This document shows positions 8,637-21,180 of a stretch of DNA of 64,000 nucleotides, piece by piece; positions within the stretch are counted from its first letter, which is position 1, and each line of letters begins with the position of its first letter. Source of the DNA: an uncultured Verrucomicrobiales bacterium. GTDB taxonomy: Bacteria > Verrucomicrobiota > Verrucomicrobiia > Limisphaerales > UBA1100. Location of the stretch: assembly GCA_964013675.1 (NCBI GenBank), contig CAXGXE010000001.1:5411-69410 (forward strand), given 5' to 3'. Position numbers and translations under genes: made by a program. Under the pieces are notes generated by a model, which saw nothing but the letters and a program-made list of their open reading frames with translations, was not told the origin of the DNA and searched no databases.

Positions 8637-8876
8637 ATGTTGGAAATGTTAGCAGCAGCAGCCCCTGAAGCCGCCGCCGCCGCCCCGGCGGTAGCCAGCA
8701 AATTGCACGTCGGCTTGGCCGCGATTGGTTCCGCACTCGGTGTGGGAATCATCGGTATGAAAGCCGCTGAGGCCACTGGCCGCAACCCTGACGCCGCCGG
8801 TGATATCCGGACGCAGGCGATCATCTTCGCCGCGTTGGCTGAAGGTGTTGTGTTTATTGCGATCTTCCTAGGATAG
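8637..8876 (+). CDS. atpE: F0F1 ATP synthase subunit c
   Basis: 79-aa two-helix proteolipid with a polar loop (ATGRNPDAAG) and a carboxylate in helix 2 (FAALAEGVVF). Confidence 0.9.
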   Translation: MLEMLAAAAPEAAAAAPAVASKLHVGLAAIGSALGVGIIGMKAAEATGRNPDAAGDIRTQAIIFAALAEGVVFIAIFLG

Positions 8877-8893
8877 AGCGCTTAAACCCTTAC

Positions 8894-8918
8894 ACTGGGC
8901 GGGGTTTTCCCGCCCAGT
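8894..8918 (+). promoter_or_regulatory. perfect 10-bp stem-loop in the atpE-atpF spacer
   Basis: actgggcggg / gtttt / cccgcccagt. No U-tract follows, so it is more likely an mRNA stabiliser or processing hairpin than a full terminator. Confidence 0.5.
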
Positions 8919-8935
8919 AACCAATTTACTTAGAC

Positions 8936-9484
8936 ATGGAAAACTTGATCTTGTTTGCGGCAGACGCCGGCGGGGGTGGGCGAGTGGATGAAATCGTCAA
9001 GACCTTCGGCGTCAACTGGCCGCTCTTTATTTCGCAGTGCATCGCCTTTCTCATCGTGGCGTTTGCGTTGAAGAAATTTGCTTACGGCCCAGTACTGCAA
9101 GTGCTGGAAGAACGCAAGCAGCGCATTGCCGAAAGCATGGAGAATGCGGAAAAGATCAAGACCGAGTTGGCTGAGGCACAGACAAAGAAGGATGAGATTC
9201 TGAGCCAAGCCAACGACGACGCCAAACAGTTGATCAAGGAAGCCCGCGAGGCTGCCTCCAAGGTGACCGAGACGGAGAATCAGAAGGCCATCAAGCAGGC
9301 TGAGGAGATTATTGCCAAGGCACGCGAGGCCAGTGAGGCTGATCGCGACGTGATGATGGCCGAGCTCAAAGCCGAGATTGGCCGGTTGGTGGTGGAGACC
9401 ACGGCCAAGGTCAGTGGCAAGGTGTTGAGTGATGGGGATCAGCAGCGTCTGATCGACGAGACCAATAAGGAATTGGCTGCTTAA
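8936..9484 (+). CDS. atpF: F0F1 ATP synthase subunit b
   Basis: N-terminal TM (WPLFISQCIAFLIVAFAL) followed by a long Ala/Glu/Lys coiled coil. The position in the operon fits. Confidence 0.85.
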   Translation: MENLILFAADAGGGGRVDEIVKTFGVNWPLFISQCIAFLIVAFALKKFAYGPVLQVLEERKQRIAESMENAEKIKTELAEAQTKKDEILSQANDDAKQLIKEAREAASKVTETENQKAIKQAEEIIAKAREASEADRDVMMAELKAEIGRLVVETTAKVSGKVLSDGDQQRLIDETNKELAA

Positions 9485-9488
9485 TTTC

Positions 9489-9881
9489 ATGAAAGGCAGC
9501 AAGCAATCCCGTCGTGATGCCAAACAGCTCTTTCAAAGTTGTCAGGTGGATGGCGCGCTGGACGAGGCGCGCGTGCGGCAGGCGGTGGCGTTGTTGATTG
9601 AAAAGAAACCGCGCGGGTATTTCGGCACCTTGCAGGAGCTGCAGCGGTTGGTGAAGTTGGATGTAAATAATCGCTCGGCCCGCGTGGAAAGTGCAGTGGC
9701 CCTGAGTGAGGCGCAGCAGCAGGAAGTGCGCGCCAGCCTCGGTCGCCTGAAGGGCACCGACGTGGAAGTGGAATTTGCCGAGAGCGCCGACCTGATCGGC
9801 GGCATGCGCGTAAAGCTCGGTGACGATGTGTATGACGGCAGTGTGAAGACGCGCTTGAGCCGATTGGCCGAAAGTTTCTAA
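9489..9881 (+). CDS. atpH: F0F1 ATP synthase subunit delta (short form, 130 aa)
   Basis: C-terminal OSCP-like motif (DLIGGMRVKLGDDVYDGSVKTRL). Lies between atpF and atpA. The N-terminal domain is abbreviated. Confidence 0.8.
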   Translation: MKGSKQSRRDAKQLFQSCQVDGALDEARVRQAVALLIEKKPRGYFGTLQELQRLVKLDVNNRSARVESAVALSEAQQQEVRASLGRLKGTDVEVEFAESADLIGGMRVKLGDDVYDGSVKTRLSRLAESF

Positions 9882-9903
9882 CCCAATTTAAGAACGACAA
9901 ATC

Positions 9904-11430
9904 ATGAGCAACCTATTGCAGGACATTGAAGCCCAAATCGCCGGTGCCAAGACCGATGTGGCGCGCGAAAACGTGGGTGTGGTGCGCGAGATCGGTGACG
10001 GTGTGGCCAAGATCGAAGGCCTGACCGGCGCGATGATGAACGAGATGCTGGATTTCGGAAACGGCGTGACCGGCCTAGCGTTGAACCTCGAAGAAACCGA
10101 GGTGGGCGCGGTGATCCTTGGTGATCACACGGGCATCGCCGAGGGCCAAGAGGTGCGCACGACCGGCAAGCTGTTGTCCGTGCCTGTGGGCAAATCGCTG
10201 CTCGGCCGCGTGGTGGACGCGCTGGGCCGACCGATTGATGATAAGGGCGATCTGGGGGCGGAGACGAATTATCCGGTGGAGAAAATCGCGCCTGGTATCG
10301 TGAGCCGCCTGTCGGTGGATCAACCGCTACAAACGGGCATCATGCCGGTGGACGCAATGATCCCGATTGGGCGCGGCCAGCGTGAGTTGATCATTGGCGA
10401 CCGCCAAACCGGCAAGACGGCCGTGGCGATTGACGCGATCATCAATAACGCTCGCATCAACAAAGAGAATGAGGGCGTCGAGGGCTTCCGCCCCGTATAC
10501 AGCATTTACGTGGCCGTGGGCCAGAAGCGCGCGAATGTGGCTAAGGTGATTCAGGATCTGACGGACGCCGGCGCCTTGGAGCACACTATCGTGGTTGCCG
10601 CCACGGCGAGTGACTCGGCCACTAACCAATATCTCGCGCCGTTCTCCGGGGCGTCGATGGGCGAATGGTTCATGGACAACAACATGGACGCGCTGATTGT
10701 GTACGATGATTTATCCAAGCACGCGGTGGCTTACCGGCAGGTGTCGCTGGTGCTGAAGCGCCCTTCCGGTCGTGAGGCGTATCCGGGTGATGTGTTTTAC
10801 CTGCACAGCCGGTTGCTGGAGCGTGCGGCTCGTCTGCGGGCTGATGCGGGCGGTGGTTCGCTCACGGCGTTACCGATTATTGAGACGCAGGCCGGCGACG
10901 TGTCCGCGTACATTCCGACCAACGTGATTTCGATTACTGACGGCCAGATCTTCCTGGAGACGGACCTCTTTTATCAGGGCGTGCGTCCGGCGATTTCGGT
11001 GGGTCTCTCTGTGAGCCGCGTAGGTTCCGCCGCGCAGGTGAAGGCCATGAAACAGGTGGCCGGGACGGTGAAGCTGGAGCTGGCACAGTTCCGCGAACTG
11101 GCCGCCTTCGCTCAGTTTGGCAGCGACCTGGATGACGCCACCAAAGCTAAGCTCGAGCGCGGTAAACGAATTGTGGAAGTGTTCAAGCAACCGCAGTTCA
11201 AGCCGGTGAGCGTGCCGATGCAGGTGGTGACGCTATGGGCCGTGCAGAACGGATACTTTGACGATGTGGATGTGGACGACTTGAAAGCCACGCAGGAGGC
11301 GATCGGCGAATACATGACTGATCGCAAGGCGGAGATCATCAAGAAGATTTCGGATTCCGGCAAACTGGATGACGCGCTTGAGGCGGAACTCAAGGGCGCG
11401 TTGGACGAGTACAAGGCCGCGAACAAGTAA
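9904..11430 (+). CDS. atpA: F0F1 ATP synthase subunit alpha
   Basis: Walker A GDRQTGKT. The alpha-specific sequence is conserved throughout (508 aa). Confidence 0.97.
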   Translation: MSNLLQDIEAQIAGAKTDVARENVGVVREIGDGVAKIEGLTGAMMNEMLDFGNGVTGLALNLEETEVGAVILGDHTGIAEGQEVRTTGKLLSVPVGKSLLGRVVDALGRPIDDKGDLGAETNYPVEKIAPGIVSRLSVDQPLQTGIMPVDAMIPIGRGQRELIIGDRQTGKTAVAIDAIINNARINKENEGVEGFRPVYSIYVAVGQKRANVAKVIQDLTDAGALEHTIVVAATASDSATNQYLAPFSGASMGEWFMDNNMDALIVYDDLSKHAVAYRQVSLVLKRPSGREAYPGDVFYLHSRLLERAARLRADAGGGSLTALPIIETQAGDVSAYIPTNVISITDGQIFLETDLFYQGVRPAISVGLSVSRVGSAAQVKAMKQVAGTVKLELAQFRELAAFAQFGSDLDDATKAKLERGKRIVEVFKQPQFKPVSVPMQVVTLWAVQNGYFDDVDVDDLKATQEAIGEYMTDRKAEIIKKISDSGKLDDALEAELKGALDEYKAANK

Positions 11431-11437
11431 GACTTAA

Positions 11438-13830
<2,393 letters not shown>

Positions 13831-13847
13831 GCTGAATTTCGACGATT

Positions 13848-14261
13848 ATGGCCAGCACCCTCAAGCTTGAGATCGTGACCCCAGAGGCGAAAGTGTACTC
13901 CGAGGAAGTGGACTCCGTGCGCCTGCCCGGTGCCGAGGGGGAGCTTGGCATTTACCCGAACCACGCGCCCTTGATGGCACAGGTGAAGGCCGGCGAACTG
14001 ATTGCCAACAAAGGCGGCGAGGAATCCATTCTTGCCGTAGGACACGGGTTCGTGGAAATCACCGGCGACCACGTGGCCATCCTCACCGATAACGCTGCAG
14101 ACAGTGCCGACATCGACGAGGCCGCCGCCGAGGAAGCCAAAGCCAAGGCCCAGCAACGGCTCGAGGAAGGCAGCGACATTTCCGAGGACGAAGCCAAGGC
14201 TCTAGCCCAAGCCATCCTTTACTCCGAAGCCCAGCTCAAGGCCAAGCGCCACCGCGGCTAA
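13848..14261 (+). CDS. atpC: F0F1 ATP synthase subunit epsilon
   Basis: N-terminal beta-sandwich (LKLEIVTPEAKVYSEEV) and a C-terminal Ala/Glu helical hairpin. Last gene of the operon. Confidence 0.9.
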   Translation: MASTLKLEIVTPEAKVYSEEVDSVRLPGAEGELGIYPNHAPLMAQVKAGELIANKGGEESILAVGHGFVEITGDHVAILTDNAADSADIDEAAAEEAKAKAQQRLEEGSDISEDEAKALAQAILYSEAQLKAKRHRG

Positions 14262-14308
14262 GCAGGGATTTTCTGCCGGACGACTGAGTACGTTTCATTT
14301 TCTCAGAA

Positions 14309-16138
14309 CTATTGATCCGTGCCGGAATTTTGCAGGGCGGGAGTGAGCAGCGGGAACAGGATGATTTCGCAGGCGTTGTAGGTGTTCAGCGGACATTCAA
14401 ATACCACCGCTTCCTGCTCCAAGGGATCGGTGGCGAAGGCAAAGTAGTTAAAGAGTTCCGATTGTTTGCCGAATTGAATTTTGCGCGTCAAAGTTTGGCC
14501 GTTGTGTTGGAGTTCCAGAGTAACGCTTTTTTTCCGCTGGATGATCTCGTAGGTGGCCAGCTTGTCTGCGCCGCGGGCTGTCCAGCGGGCGGCTTGCAAC
14601 CGGCCCAAGGCACCCAGTGCGGTGGGGATTTTTTCCCGCTGATCATCCGTCAGCGACTGGCCTGTCCGAGTCCATTCCCCATCTTGATTGCGCAACAATT
14701 CCAGTGACTGCTCGCCCTGAGTGAGGGTGATCTTGGTAACGGCTTTGGCGGGAAAATCCCAGAAGCGCCGTTGGCGGAGTTGATAGGAATAGGCCGGTAA
14801 CAATTGACGTTCCACGGCCCGAACGCGGTACACGGAATCCTCATCAAAACGCCGGGCAAAGAGTTCCTCACTGGTTTCTCCGGCGGGCGCGCCAAATGAG
14901 ATTTGCCCGAGAATGGCATTGGTGCCGCCGCGTTGCAGCAACGTGTATTGGGCGGTCGGTTGGGCTAGGCCGAACGCGGAAAAATCCCCCACCACTTCAC
15001 GTTCACGCGACACCGCCTCCATGTTTCGCAAGCGCCCTAGCAGAGCAAACACCAGTTCCTCATCTGCGGGGAGTTTTGATGGCGAACTGATCTGCCACAT
15101 CCCGTTGGTGGATTGTTCAAGGCTGAAGCTGTCGCCGGCGCTGATATTGATGCGCTGAAGGGATTCGGCACCCGGATCAAAGGAATCCATCAAATGATGG
15201 TCGCTGTAATCCCAAACCGGCGCGCGTAAATTGGTGAGCCATGGCTTGGGGATGATCACTACGTTGGTGTGTTGCAGCAGGCGGGCGTACACCATGCCGG
15301 GTTGGTTGGTGGGGCTGTGGCCGAACTGCACGGCCGCCAGCCGGTTGGTGCCCCGGCTGAGGATGAGTTCGGCTTCCGGCGATTGCAGGCCATACGGCTG
15401 AAGATCTACCTTTGGATCGTCGCTTACGAAATCCACGACATTCCAATTCCAGAGATTGATGAGCGTTTTTGTGATGAGCGTTTGATTGGCGCGCTTGGTG
15501 GGTTGCGGCTGGCTGATGTGCCAGATTTCGTTGGTGGATTGCTGGAGGGTGAGTTGGCGCGGTCCGGATTTAATTTGAATGTGATCCACCTCCAACTGAT
15601 TGGCCCGGCTCAGGTGCAGTAGATGTTGATCGCGCCAATAGTTGGCTGTGAATGGCAGGAAATTGAGCAACTGCCGGCTCACCGTAAATACGCCGGGTCG
15701 GCCGGGCGTGCGCGCATAGAGCTTGTCTTCAAGCGGGGTGAAGTCTCCCAGTTGGAGTTCGATGTCTTGATCCGGCTGTTCCAACCGAATGGCGACACGG
15801 GGCGGGGCAAAGCCAAACTCCTCCGGTGAGCCCATGGTTTCACGGTAGTTCAACGGGGTCAGGGTCCGGAGTTCGCTGATCAATTTGTTAGGGCCCTCGG
15901 GCATGGCGGGATAGGGCAGTGGACGCTCGAGGTGCCATTGTTCGCCGGATTGTGCGGCACGGATCGTGTTGGTGCCGTTGTAGGTGATCTCAATGGCTTG
16001 GATTTTGCTCGGATTAAACGTCGTTAGCAGCTTGGGTACGGTCGGTGCTTCTTCGGTGTGCTCCCGCTCGAACAGCAACAGGTAGCCTACGGCAAAAACC
16101 GCGATAGCCATCAACCAAGCTGTATCTTTTCGGATCAT
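14309..16138 (-). CDS. DUF4340 domain-containing protein
   Basis: N-terminal TM anchor followed by repeated beta-rich modules. It lies immediately downstream of a GldG-like gene (2-nt gap), which is the usual genomic context of DUF4340. Confidence 0.65.
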   Translation of the reverse strand: MIRKDTAWLMAIAVFAVGYLLLFEREHTEEAPTVPKLLTTFNPSKIQAIEITYNGTNTIRAAQSGEQWHLERPLPYPAMPEGPNKLISELRTLTPLNYRETMGSPEEFGFAPPRVAIRLEQPDQDIELQLGDFTPLEDKLYARTPGRPGVFTVSRQLLNFLPFTANYWRDQHLLHLSRANQLEVDHIQIKSGPRQLTLQQSTNEIWHISQPQPTKRANQTLITKTLINLWNWNVVDFVSDDPKVDLQPYGLQSPEAELILSRGTNRLAAVQFGHSPTNQPGMVYARLLQHTNVVIIPKPWLTNLRAPVWDYSDHHLMDSFDPGAESLQRINISAGDSFSLEQSTNGMWQISSPSKLPADEELVFALLGRLRNMEAVSREREVVGDFSAFGLAQPTAQYTLLQRGGTNAILGQISFGAPAGETSEELFARRFDEDSVYRVRAVERQLLPAYSYQLRQRRFWDFPAKAVTKITLTQGEQSLELLRNQDGEWTRTGQSLTDDQREKIPTALGALGRLQAARWTARGADKLATYEIIQRKKSVTLELQHNGQTLTRKIQFGKQSELFNYFAFATDPLEQEAVVFECPLNTYNACEIILFPLLTPALQNSGTDQ

Positions 16139-16139
16139 T

Positions 16140-17660
16140 TTAAGTGCGTCGCCTGAGCCAAACCAAAATTCCCAGTATCAACGTGCTGAGTGGCATCAAC
16201 CCCACCAGGATGACGGCGAGGTTTCGAAATTCATTTGCCTTAAATTCAAACCGATACGTTTGGATCGGCTGCGGTCCGATGGTCTGTAACAAATGCGACC
16301 GGTCGAGCAGCCAGTTGACCGTGTGCCAAGCCAGCTCACGGTTACCTTCCTTGTCGATCATTTGATTGCTGAGAAACAGCGAATCGCCAATGACCACCAT
16401 CCGCGCAAGATGATCCGTATTGACGCCTTCCAACGTATCGCGCTCCACCGCTGCGGCCACAGGCAGGGAGCCCTGATGTTCGAGTGTGGGTTGTGTGCCG
16501 GCGTTGCTCTGCAGGAAATGCTGGTAGGCTTTGCCTTGAGGGCCGGTCTGGATTAACGGATACATCTTCTGCTTGGTGGCCAGCGGATCGGTGCCGGGTA
16601 AGGGGCTGATGGTGCGGGGCAGGAGCAGACGCACGGGCAATTGCTCGCGATGCAGAGTTTGCACTACGGGATGATGCACGTATTGCCGCAGCGTGATGGA
16701 GCCGTCGCCGAGAGTGTTGTCCTGATCCAGCACGGTATTGTGCCCGACGGTCAGGCCCCAAAAGCGCAGCAGATCGGTGAGCCCGCCATCGGAACGATGG
16801 TTGAGCAACACCATCAGCCTTCCGCCGCGATCGAGATATTGATTGAGCCGGCGCTGTTCCTCTAGGGTGAGTTCGGATTTCGGGCCGGGGATAATGAGCA
16901 ACTGGCAATCGGCGGGAATGGTCGGTTGTTTCTGCAGCTCAAGATTGCGCACCTGTAAATTCATTTCGCCTAGCAACTGGCCAAACTCCCCGTAGCCCAT
17001 GCTGGTGAGGTTGGTTATACTGTGTTCGCCATGGCCGGTGAGGCAATAGGCGAGCGGTTGCTCGTTTCCAGAGACTGCAAGCAGGGCCGAGGTGAAATGG
17101 CGTTCACCCAGAAACGCCGTCCGTTCCATCACAAAGCCGCCGCCTTGGTTGGCATTTTCTTGGCCGGCCGATTGGAGTTCGCTGGTTGATGCCTGGCGGG
17201 GCGTGAGGTGGGATAGTTGCGCGCTGGAGACGACCTTGTGTTTGTCATTGGAGGCAAACACTACGACGTTGTGCTGCTGCTCGCTCAACCGAAAACGCGC
17301 CTGCACCCGGCGGGCTTCACGAGGTTGCTGTAGGGGATCCACATGCGTCACCTTGAGGCGCGGGTTGCGATGGACGTATTGCTTGAGCAGCTCGTCCACC
17401 AGCCGGAAGGTCGACTCGGTGCGATCAAAGAAGACGGTGATCTCCACCTCGTTGGTCATGTCGCCCAGCAACTGCTCGGTGCGTGGCGAAAGTTCATGCT
17501 CGAGATTCTGCGCCCAAGTATGCCTTTGATAATGCCGGTGCGCATAGTAGTTCAACGCCACCCCCAGCGTGATCACCGCCAGCGAGGCTGCTAGCAGATT
17601 GATCCAGCCGCTCCAGCGGAGGCGCGCCGAAAAGCCTGTTGTGGGTTGATTCATTTCCAT
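16140..17660 (-). CDS. GldG-like ABC-transport auxiliary protein (ABC-type uncharacterized transport system domain)
   Basis: N- and C-terminal TM anchors flank a large periplasmic domain. Overlaps the ABC-2 permease gene by 10 nt. Confidence 0.7.
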   Translation of the reverse strand: MEMNQPTTGFSARLRWSGWINLLAASLAVITLGVALNYYAHRHYQRHTWAQNLEHELSPRTEQLLGDMTNEVEITVFFDRTESTFRLVDELLKQYVHRNPRLKVTHVDPLQQPREARRVQARFRLSEQQHNVVVFASNDKHKVVSSAQLSHLTPRQASTSELQSAGQENANQGGGFVMERTAFLGERHFTSALLAVSGNEQPLAYCLTGHGEHSITNLTSMGYGEFGQLLGEMNLQVRNLELQKQPTIPADCQLLIIPGPKSELTLEEQRRLNQYLDRGGRLMVLLNHRSDGGLTDLLRFWGLTVGHNTVLDQDNTLGDGSITLRQYVHHPVVQTLHREQLPVRLLLPRTISPLPGTDPLATKQKMYPLIQTGPQGKAYQHFLQSNAGTQPTLEHQGSLPVAAAVERDTLEGVNTDHLARMVVIGDSLFLSNQMIDKEGNRELAWHTVNWLLDRSHLLQTIGPQPIQTYRFEFKANEFRNLAVILVGLMPLSTLILGILVWLRRRT

Positions 17661-18403
17661 CGCCGGCTCTCCACGGATTTTAGGGTGAAAAATAGAAACA
17701 CCACCGTCAGCGACACGTAAAACATCACGTGCCGGCTATCGACAATGCCTGTTGAGAAATCCTGCATGTGCCGAAGCATGGAAATGTGCTGCACCAGATG
17801 ATGCCACCACTGCACCTCCGTGGGTCGCAGGTCCGCTAGGTACCCCAAGATGAACAAGCCCGTTCCCACGGCGAAGGTGAGCACGGCGGCTACAATTTGG
17901 CTGCGCGTCAAGGACGAGGCGAAGCAGCCCAGCGCCATAAAAAAGGCGCCGTATAATCCGATCCCCAAGGCTAGGCTCCAAACCGCGCCCGAATCCACCT
18001 TTAACGCTTCATGCGCGTAATGCTCCAGAAGAAACGGGTAGATCACCGTGGGCAGGAACGCGATTAGAAAAAAAACATACGAGCCAATGAACTTCGCCAG
18101 CACCACTTGGATATCGCTGATCGGCGTGGTCATGAGCGTTTCAAAAGTGCCACTCGCTTTTTCGTGGGCAAAGGTGCGCATGGTGATCACCGGCGCCACC
18201 ATCAACAACACCAGCCAGAAGAACTCGGTCTGCGGAAATTTTTCCGTAAACGGCAGATCATACGCCAGCCCGTTAAGCAAATACACCACCGTGAGCAGGC
18301 TGGCTCCAAGCAGCAGTTGCACCCCGGCCATGATTACATAACCGCGCAGGGAAAAGAAATGGCCGGCCAATTCGCGTCGAGTCAGAGTCAGCAGGGCCGT
18401 CAT
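17651..18403 (-). CDS. ABC-2 type transporter permease (GldF-like)
   Basis: Six-TM 250-aa protein. Its start shares 1 nt with the stop of the ATPase gene (18403). Confidence 0.8.
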   Translation of the reverse strand: MTALLTLTRRELAGHFFSLRGYVIMAGVQLLLGASLLTVVYLLNGLAYDLPFTEKFPQTEFFWLVLLMVAPVITMRTFAHEKASGTFETLMTTPISDIQVVLAKFIGSYVFFLIAFLPTVIYPFLLEHYAHEALKVDSGAVWSLALGIGLYGAFFMALGCFASSLTRSQIVAAVLTFAVGTGLFILGYLADLRPTEVQWWHHLVQHISMLRHMQDFSTGIVDSRHVMFYVSLTVVFLFFTLKSVESRRWK

Positions 18404-19371
18404 TAATCGTCGTCCTCCCGGGTAATGTGCACGAAGATGTCTTCCAGCGTATGCCGTTCGCGGGTGAGTTCCCGCAATGGCCAGCCGCGGGCCCGAGCTA
18501 GGGCAGAGACGCGTGGGCGCAAATCTTCTCCGTCTCGTGGCGTCAACGCGCAGCGCGAAAAGTCGCCTTCAGCCGGCAAGACCCGGTGATGCTCGATCTC
18601 CGCCATCTCTTCCCAAGCCTCGTGTAGCACTTCCTGTGGTGCCTGCAATTCCACCGTGATCCGGTGGTGTCCACCGAGGGATTGTTCTAAGCCGCGTGGT
18701 GTATCATTGGCGACCACGGTGCCTTCGTGGAAAATCAACAGGCGCGAGCAGGTAACCTCCACCTCCGGCAGGATATGAGAGGAAATCAAAACAGTATGAT
18801 TTTTGCCCAGCTCCTTAATGTGCTGGCGAACTGTGCGGATTTGGTGTGGATCCAGGCCGATGGTGGGTTCATCCAGAATCAAAAGCTCCGGTTCATGCAC
18901 CAGGGCATCGGCCAGCCCGACGCGTTGGCGGAAGCCTTTGGAGAGTTCCCCGATCATGCGTCCTTGCACGTCGCCCAGATCAAATTGCGCGATCACATCC
19001 TCCACTCGGTCGCGGCTGGTGGGTTTGTCTAGGCCCTTGAGGCGGGCGCGAAATTTCAAATATTCCCGCACTCGCATGTCATCGTGCAGCGGGTTGTTCT
19101 CCGGCATAAACCCGACTCGCCGGCGTACAGCTTCCGAATCCGTGGCCACGTCATGGCCGGCTACCCGTGCAGCACCTTCGGTGGCGGAGAGAAACCCGGC
19201 CAGGATGCGCATGGTTGTGCTTTTTCCGGCGCCGTTGGGGCCGAGGAAGCCGACGATTTCGCCGTGAGGGACCGTAAAGGAAAGATCCTGAATTGCCGGC
19301 CGGCCGCCGTAATATTTGGTGAGGTGATTCACCTCAATCATTGGCGGAGCATCAGGTTTGGTTTCAGCCAT
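18403..19371 (-). CDS. ABC transporter ATP-binding protein
   Basis: Walker A GPNGAGKST, signature LSKGFRQR, Walker B LLILDEPT. I moved the start to MAETKPD at 19371, which abuts the upstream HtrA stop. The listed ORF adds 22 aa. Confidence 0.9.
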   Translation of the reverse strand: MAETKPDAPPMIEVNHLTKYYGGRPAIQDLSFTVPHGEIVGFLGPNGAGKSTTMRILAGFLSATEGAARVAGHDVATDSEAVRRRVGFMPENNPLHDDMRVREYLKFRARLKGLDKPTSRDRVEDVIAQFDLGDVQGRMIGELSKGFRQRVGLADALVHEPELLILDEPTIGLDPHQIRTVRQHIKELGKNHTVLISSHILPEVEVTCSRLLIFHEGTVVANDTPRGLEQSLGGHHRITVELQAPQEVLHEAWEEMAEIEHHRVLPAEGDFSRCALTPRDGEDLRPRVSALARARGWPLRELTRERHTLEDIFVHITREDDD

Positions 19372-20750
19372 TATCGTGCTTTCACCGTCGCCACGCCTGA
19401 CCGCCGTTGTGTAAAGGCGCCCCGCCGAATTTCCCACACCACGCTTAGTCTTACCGGATCATTGGTTTCTCGGCCGTGGATATCACGAGCAAAGGCCATG
19501 AGGCTTTGCGGCTGTGAATCATCCACCCGTTGAATCACTGCGCCAGCTTCCAGTCCCGCTTCGGCGCCTGGGCCGCGGGCGGCCACCTTGGTAATCAGGT
19601 AGCCTCCATAAAAAGATAGCCCGAGTTGTTCCGCCAAATCTTTGGTGAGAGTGCGTACGGTCAGTCCTAGGCGCTCCTCGATGACCTTGGAATTAAACAC
19701 CTGCTCCTCCTGCAACAATGTCAGGTTCGTCGTCACCACTCGACCGCCGCGAAAGATCTTCAGCGACAGTTTTTCTTTTCCGCGGCCTGCAGTTTCCCTA
19801 GCCCATTCCACAAAATTGGCTACTGGCTTTTCGTTGACCTCAAGCACGGTATCGCCGGTGCGCAGGCCGGCTTTGGCGGCAGGGCTGTTGGCTTCTACTT
19901 GGGTCACTCGAAGTCGGTTACCGTCCAGTCGCACGCGGGCGCCGAGCCAGAGGCCGCGCAGGTGTTCGGGCGTGAAAAACTTGCCGAGTGTTTCGTTCAC
20001 GCGGGCGATGGGAATGGCGAATCCAATGCCCTGACCTTCGCGATAAATTGCCACGTTAATCCCAATCAGGTCGCCATTCAGGTTAATCAAGGGGCCGCCG
20101 CTGTTGCCAGGATTGATGGCCGCATCTGTTTGAAGCCAGTTAGCCATGTCTAGGATCTCGCCCGCTTGAGGTACCTGCCGATCGCGGCTACTGAGAATGC
20201 CGCGGCTGACCGAGCCCCCCAGTCCAAAGGGGTTGCCCAGCGCAATCACTGTTTCGCCCAGTAACAAGTCGCCATCACGGGCGAAGGGCACAGGGGTGAA
20301 GCGTGTCTTAGATCCTTTGGGCAGAAGAATGCGAAGTAGGGCAAGATCGCTTCGTTGATCATAGGCGACTCGATCAGCTTCGTATTCCCGGCCATTGGCA
20401 AATTTTACACGGATTTTGGTGGCACGTCGCACCACGTGATCGTTGGTGATGATGTATCCATCCTGATGAATCACTACACCAGATCCCAGACTGCGGCGCA
20501 CATCCTGCCGCGGTTGCCGATAATAGGGATTCCAGAAATCCGAGAACAATTCGGCAAACGGGTCGCGCACTTCCTGAACAGTTTCCGTTCGGATATTCAC
20601 CACTGAAGGCAGCGCCTTGGTAACAGCCTTAACCACCGGGGTTTGCCGGACATCATCCGCGCCGATGAGGGAAGGGGGCACTAGTAATCCCGTCACCAGC
20701 GCCAGCCCCGTGACGGCGTTCCTGAAATGGAGAGTATTCAAAAATCCCAT
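19371..20750 (-). CDS. HtrA/DegP-family serine protease with two PDZ domains
   Basis: Trypsin-like triad context (TNDHVV, ...DLALL..., GNSGGPL) followed by two PDZ-like segments. The signal peptide starts at MGFLNTLHF; the longer start at 20804 is possible. Confidence 0.85.
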   Translation of the reverse strand: MGFLNTLHFRNAVTGLALVTGLLVPPSLIGADDVRQTPVVKAVTKALPSVVNIRTETVQEVRDPFAELFSDFWNPYYRQPRQDVRRSLGSGVVIHQDGYIITNDHVVRRATKIRVKFANGREYEADRVAYDQRSDLALLRILLPKGSKTRFTPVPFARDGDLLLGETVIALGNPFGLGGSVSRGILSSRDRQVPQAGEILDMANWLQTDAAINPGNSGGPLINLNGDLIGINVAIYREGQGIGFAIPIARVNETLGKFFTPEHLRGLWLGARVRLDGNRLRVTQVEANSPAAKAGLRTGDTVLEVNEKPVANFVEWARETAGRGKEKLSLKIFRGGRVVTTNLTLLQEEQVFNSKVIEERLGLTVRTLTKDLAEQLGLSFYGGYLITKVAARGPGAEAGLEAGAVIQRVDDSQPQSLMAFARDIHGRETNDPVRLSVVWEIRRGAFTQRRSGVATVKAR

Positions 20751-20942
20751 ACCAAACTGTGTGGGGTCTACTTTGGCAAAAAAACTGTGCTCAGGCAACG
20801 GCAAGACCCAAGTATGACAGGCACGTTTTATTCACAGCGGTGCTTTGCCGGTCTTATTACCTACGTGCGGAATGTTGGCTCCGGTAAACCATAGGGAGTT
20901 GCTTGGCCCGTGCCGCTCCTATTCACGACCACCTAAGGCATT

Positions 20943-21128
20943 GTGATAATTAATCAATCCCTCCGCGTGCTCGATGTAGCCGGTACGCCAATCCTCGGAT
21001 TGTTTGCCGTGGGCCAAAACGGATTGGGCGGACAAATCCTTTGGGGACATGGACGCACATCGACTGGGCTCTCCATTAGTGGACATCTGGTGGGAAAAAC
21101 TTTGGCCGGAATAAAATCGACAGCATGA
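20943..21128 (+). pseudogene. possible C-terminal remnant of an FAD-dependent flavoprotein (fumarate reductase/KstD-like)
   Basis: The 61-aa ORF reads VLDVAGTPILGLFAVGQNGLGGQILWGHG...SISGHLVGKTLAG. This resembles the C-terminal FAD-contacting segment (VLD..G.PIpGLYAaGe..gG) of such enzymes. It is preceded by an in-frame stop and has no upstream domain. Confidence 0.3.
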
Positions 21129-21180
21129 GGTTGAACAGTATTTTCGACGAGCTGACTGAGTCAGTTTAATCATCGCTATT

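Noticed and set aside
20919-21173. Minus-strand 84-aa ORF between htrA and gntP
   Set aside because: Cys/Ser-rich, with no signal or motif. It fully overlaps the + strand flavoprotein-like fragment, which has at least weak family resemblance. Neither is confidently a live gene.
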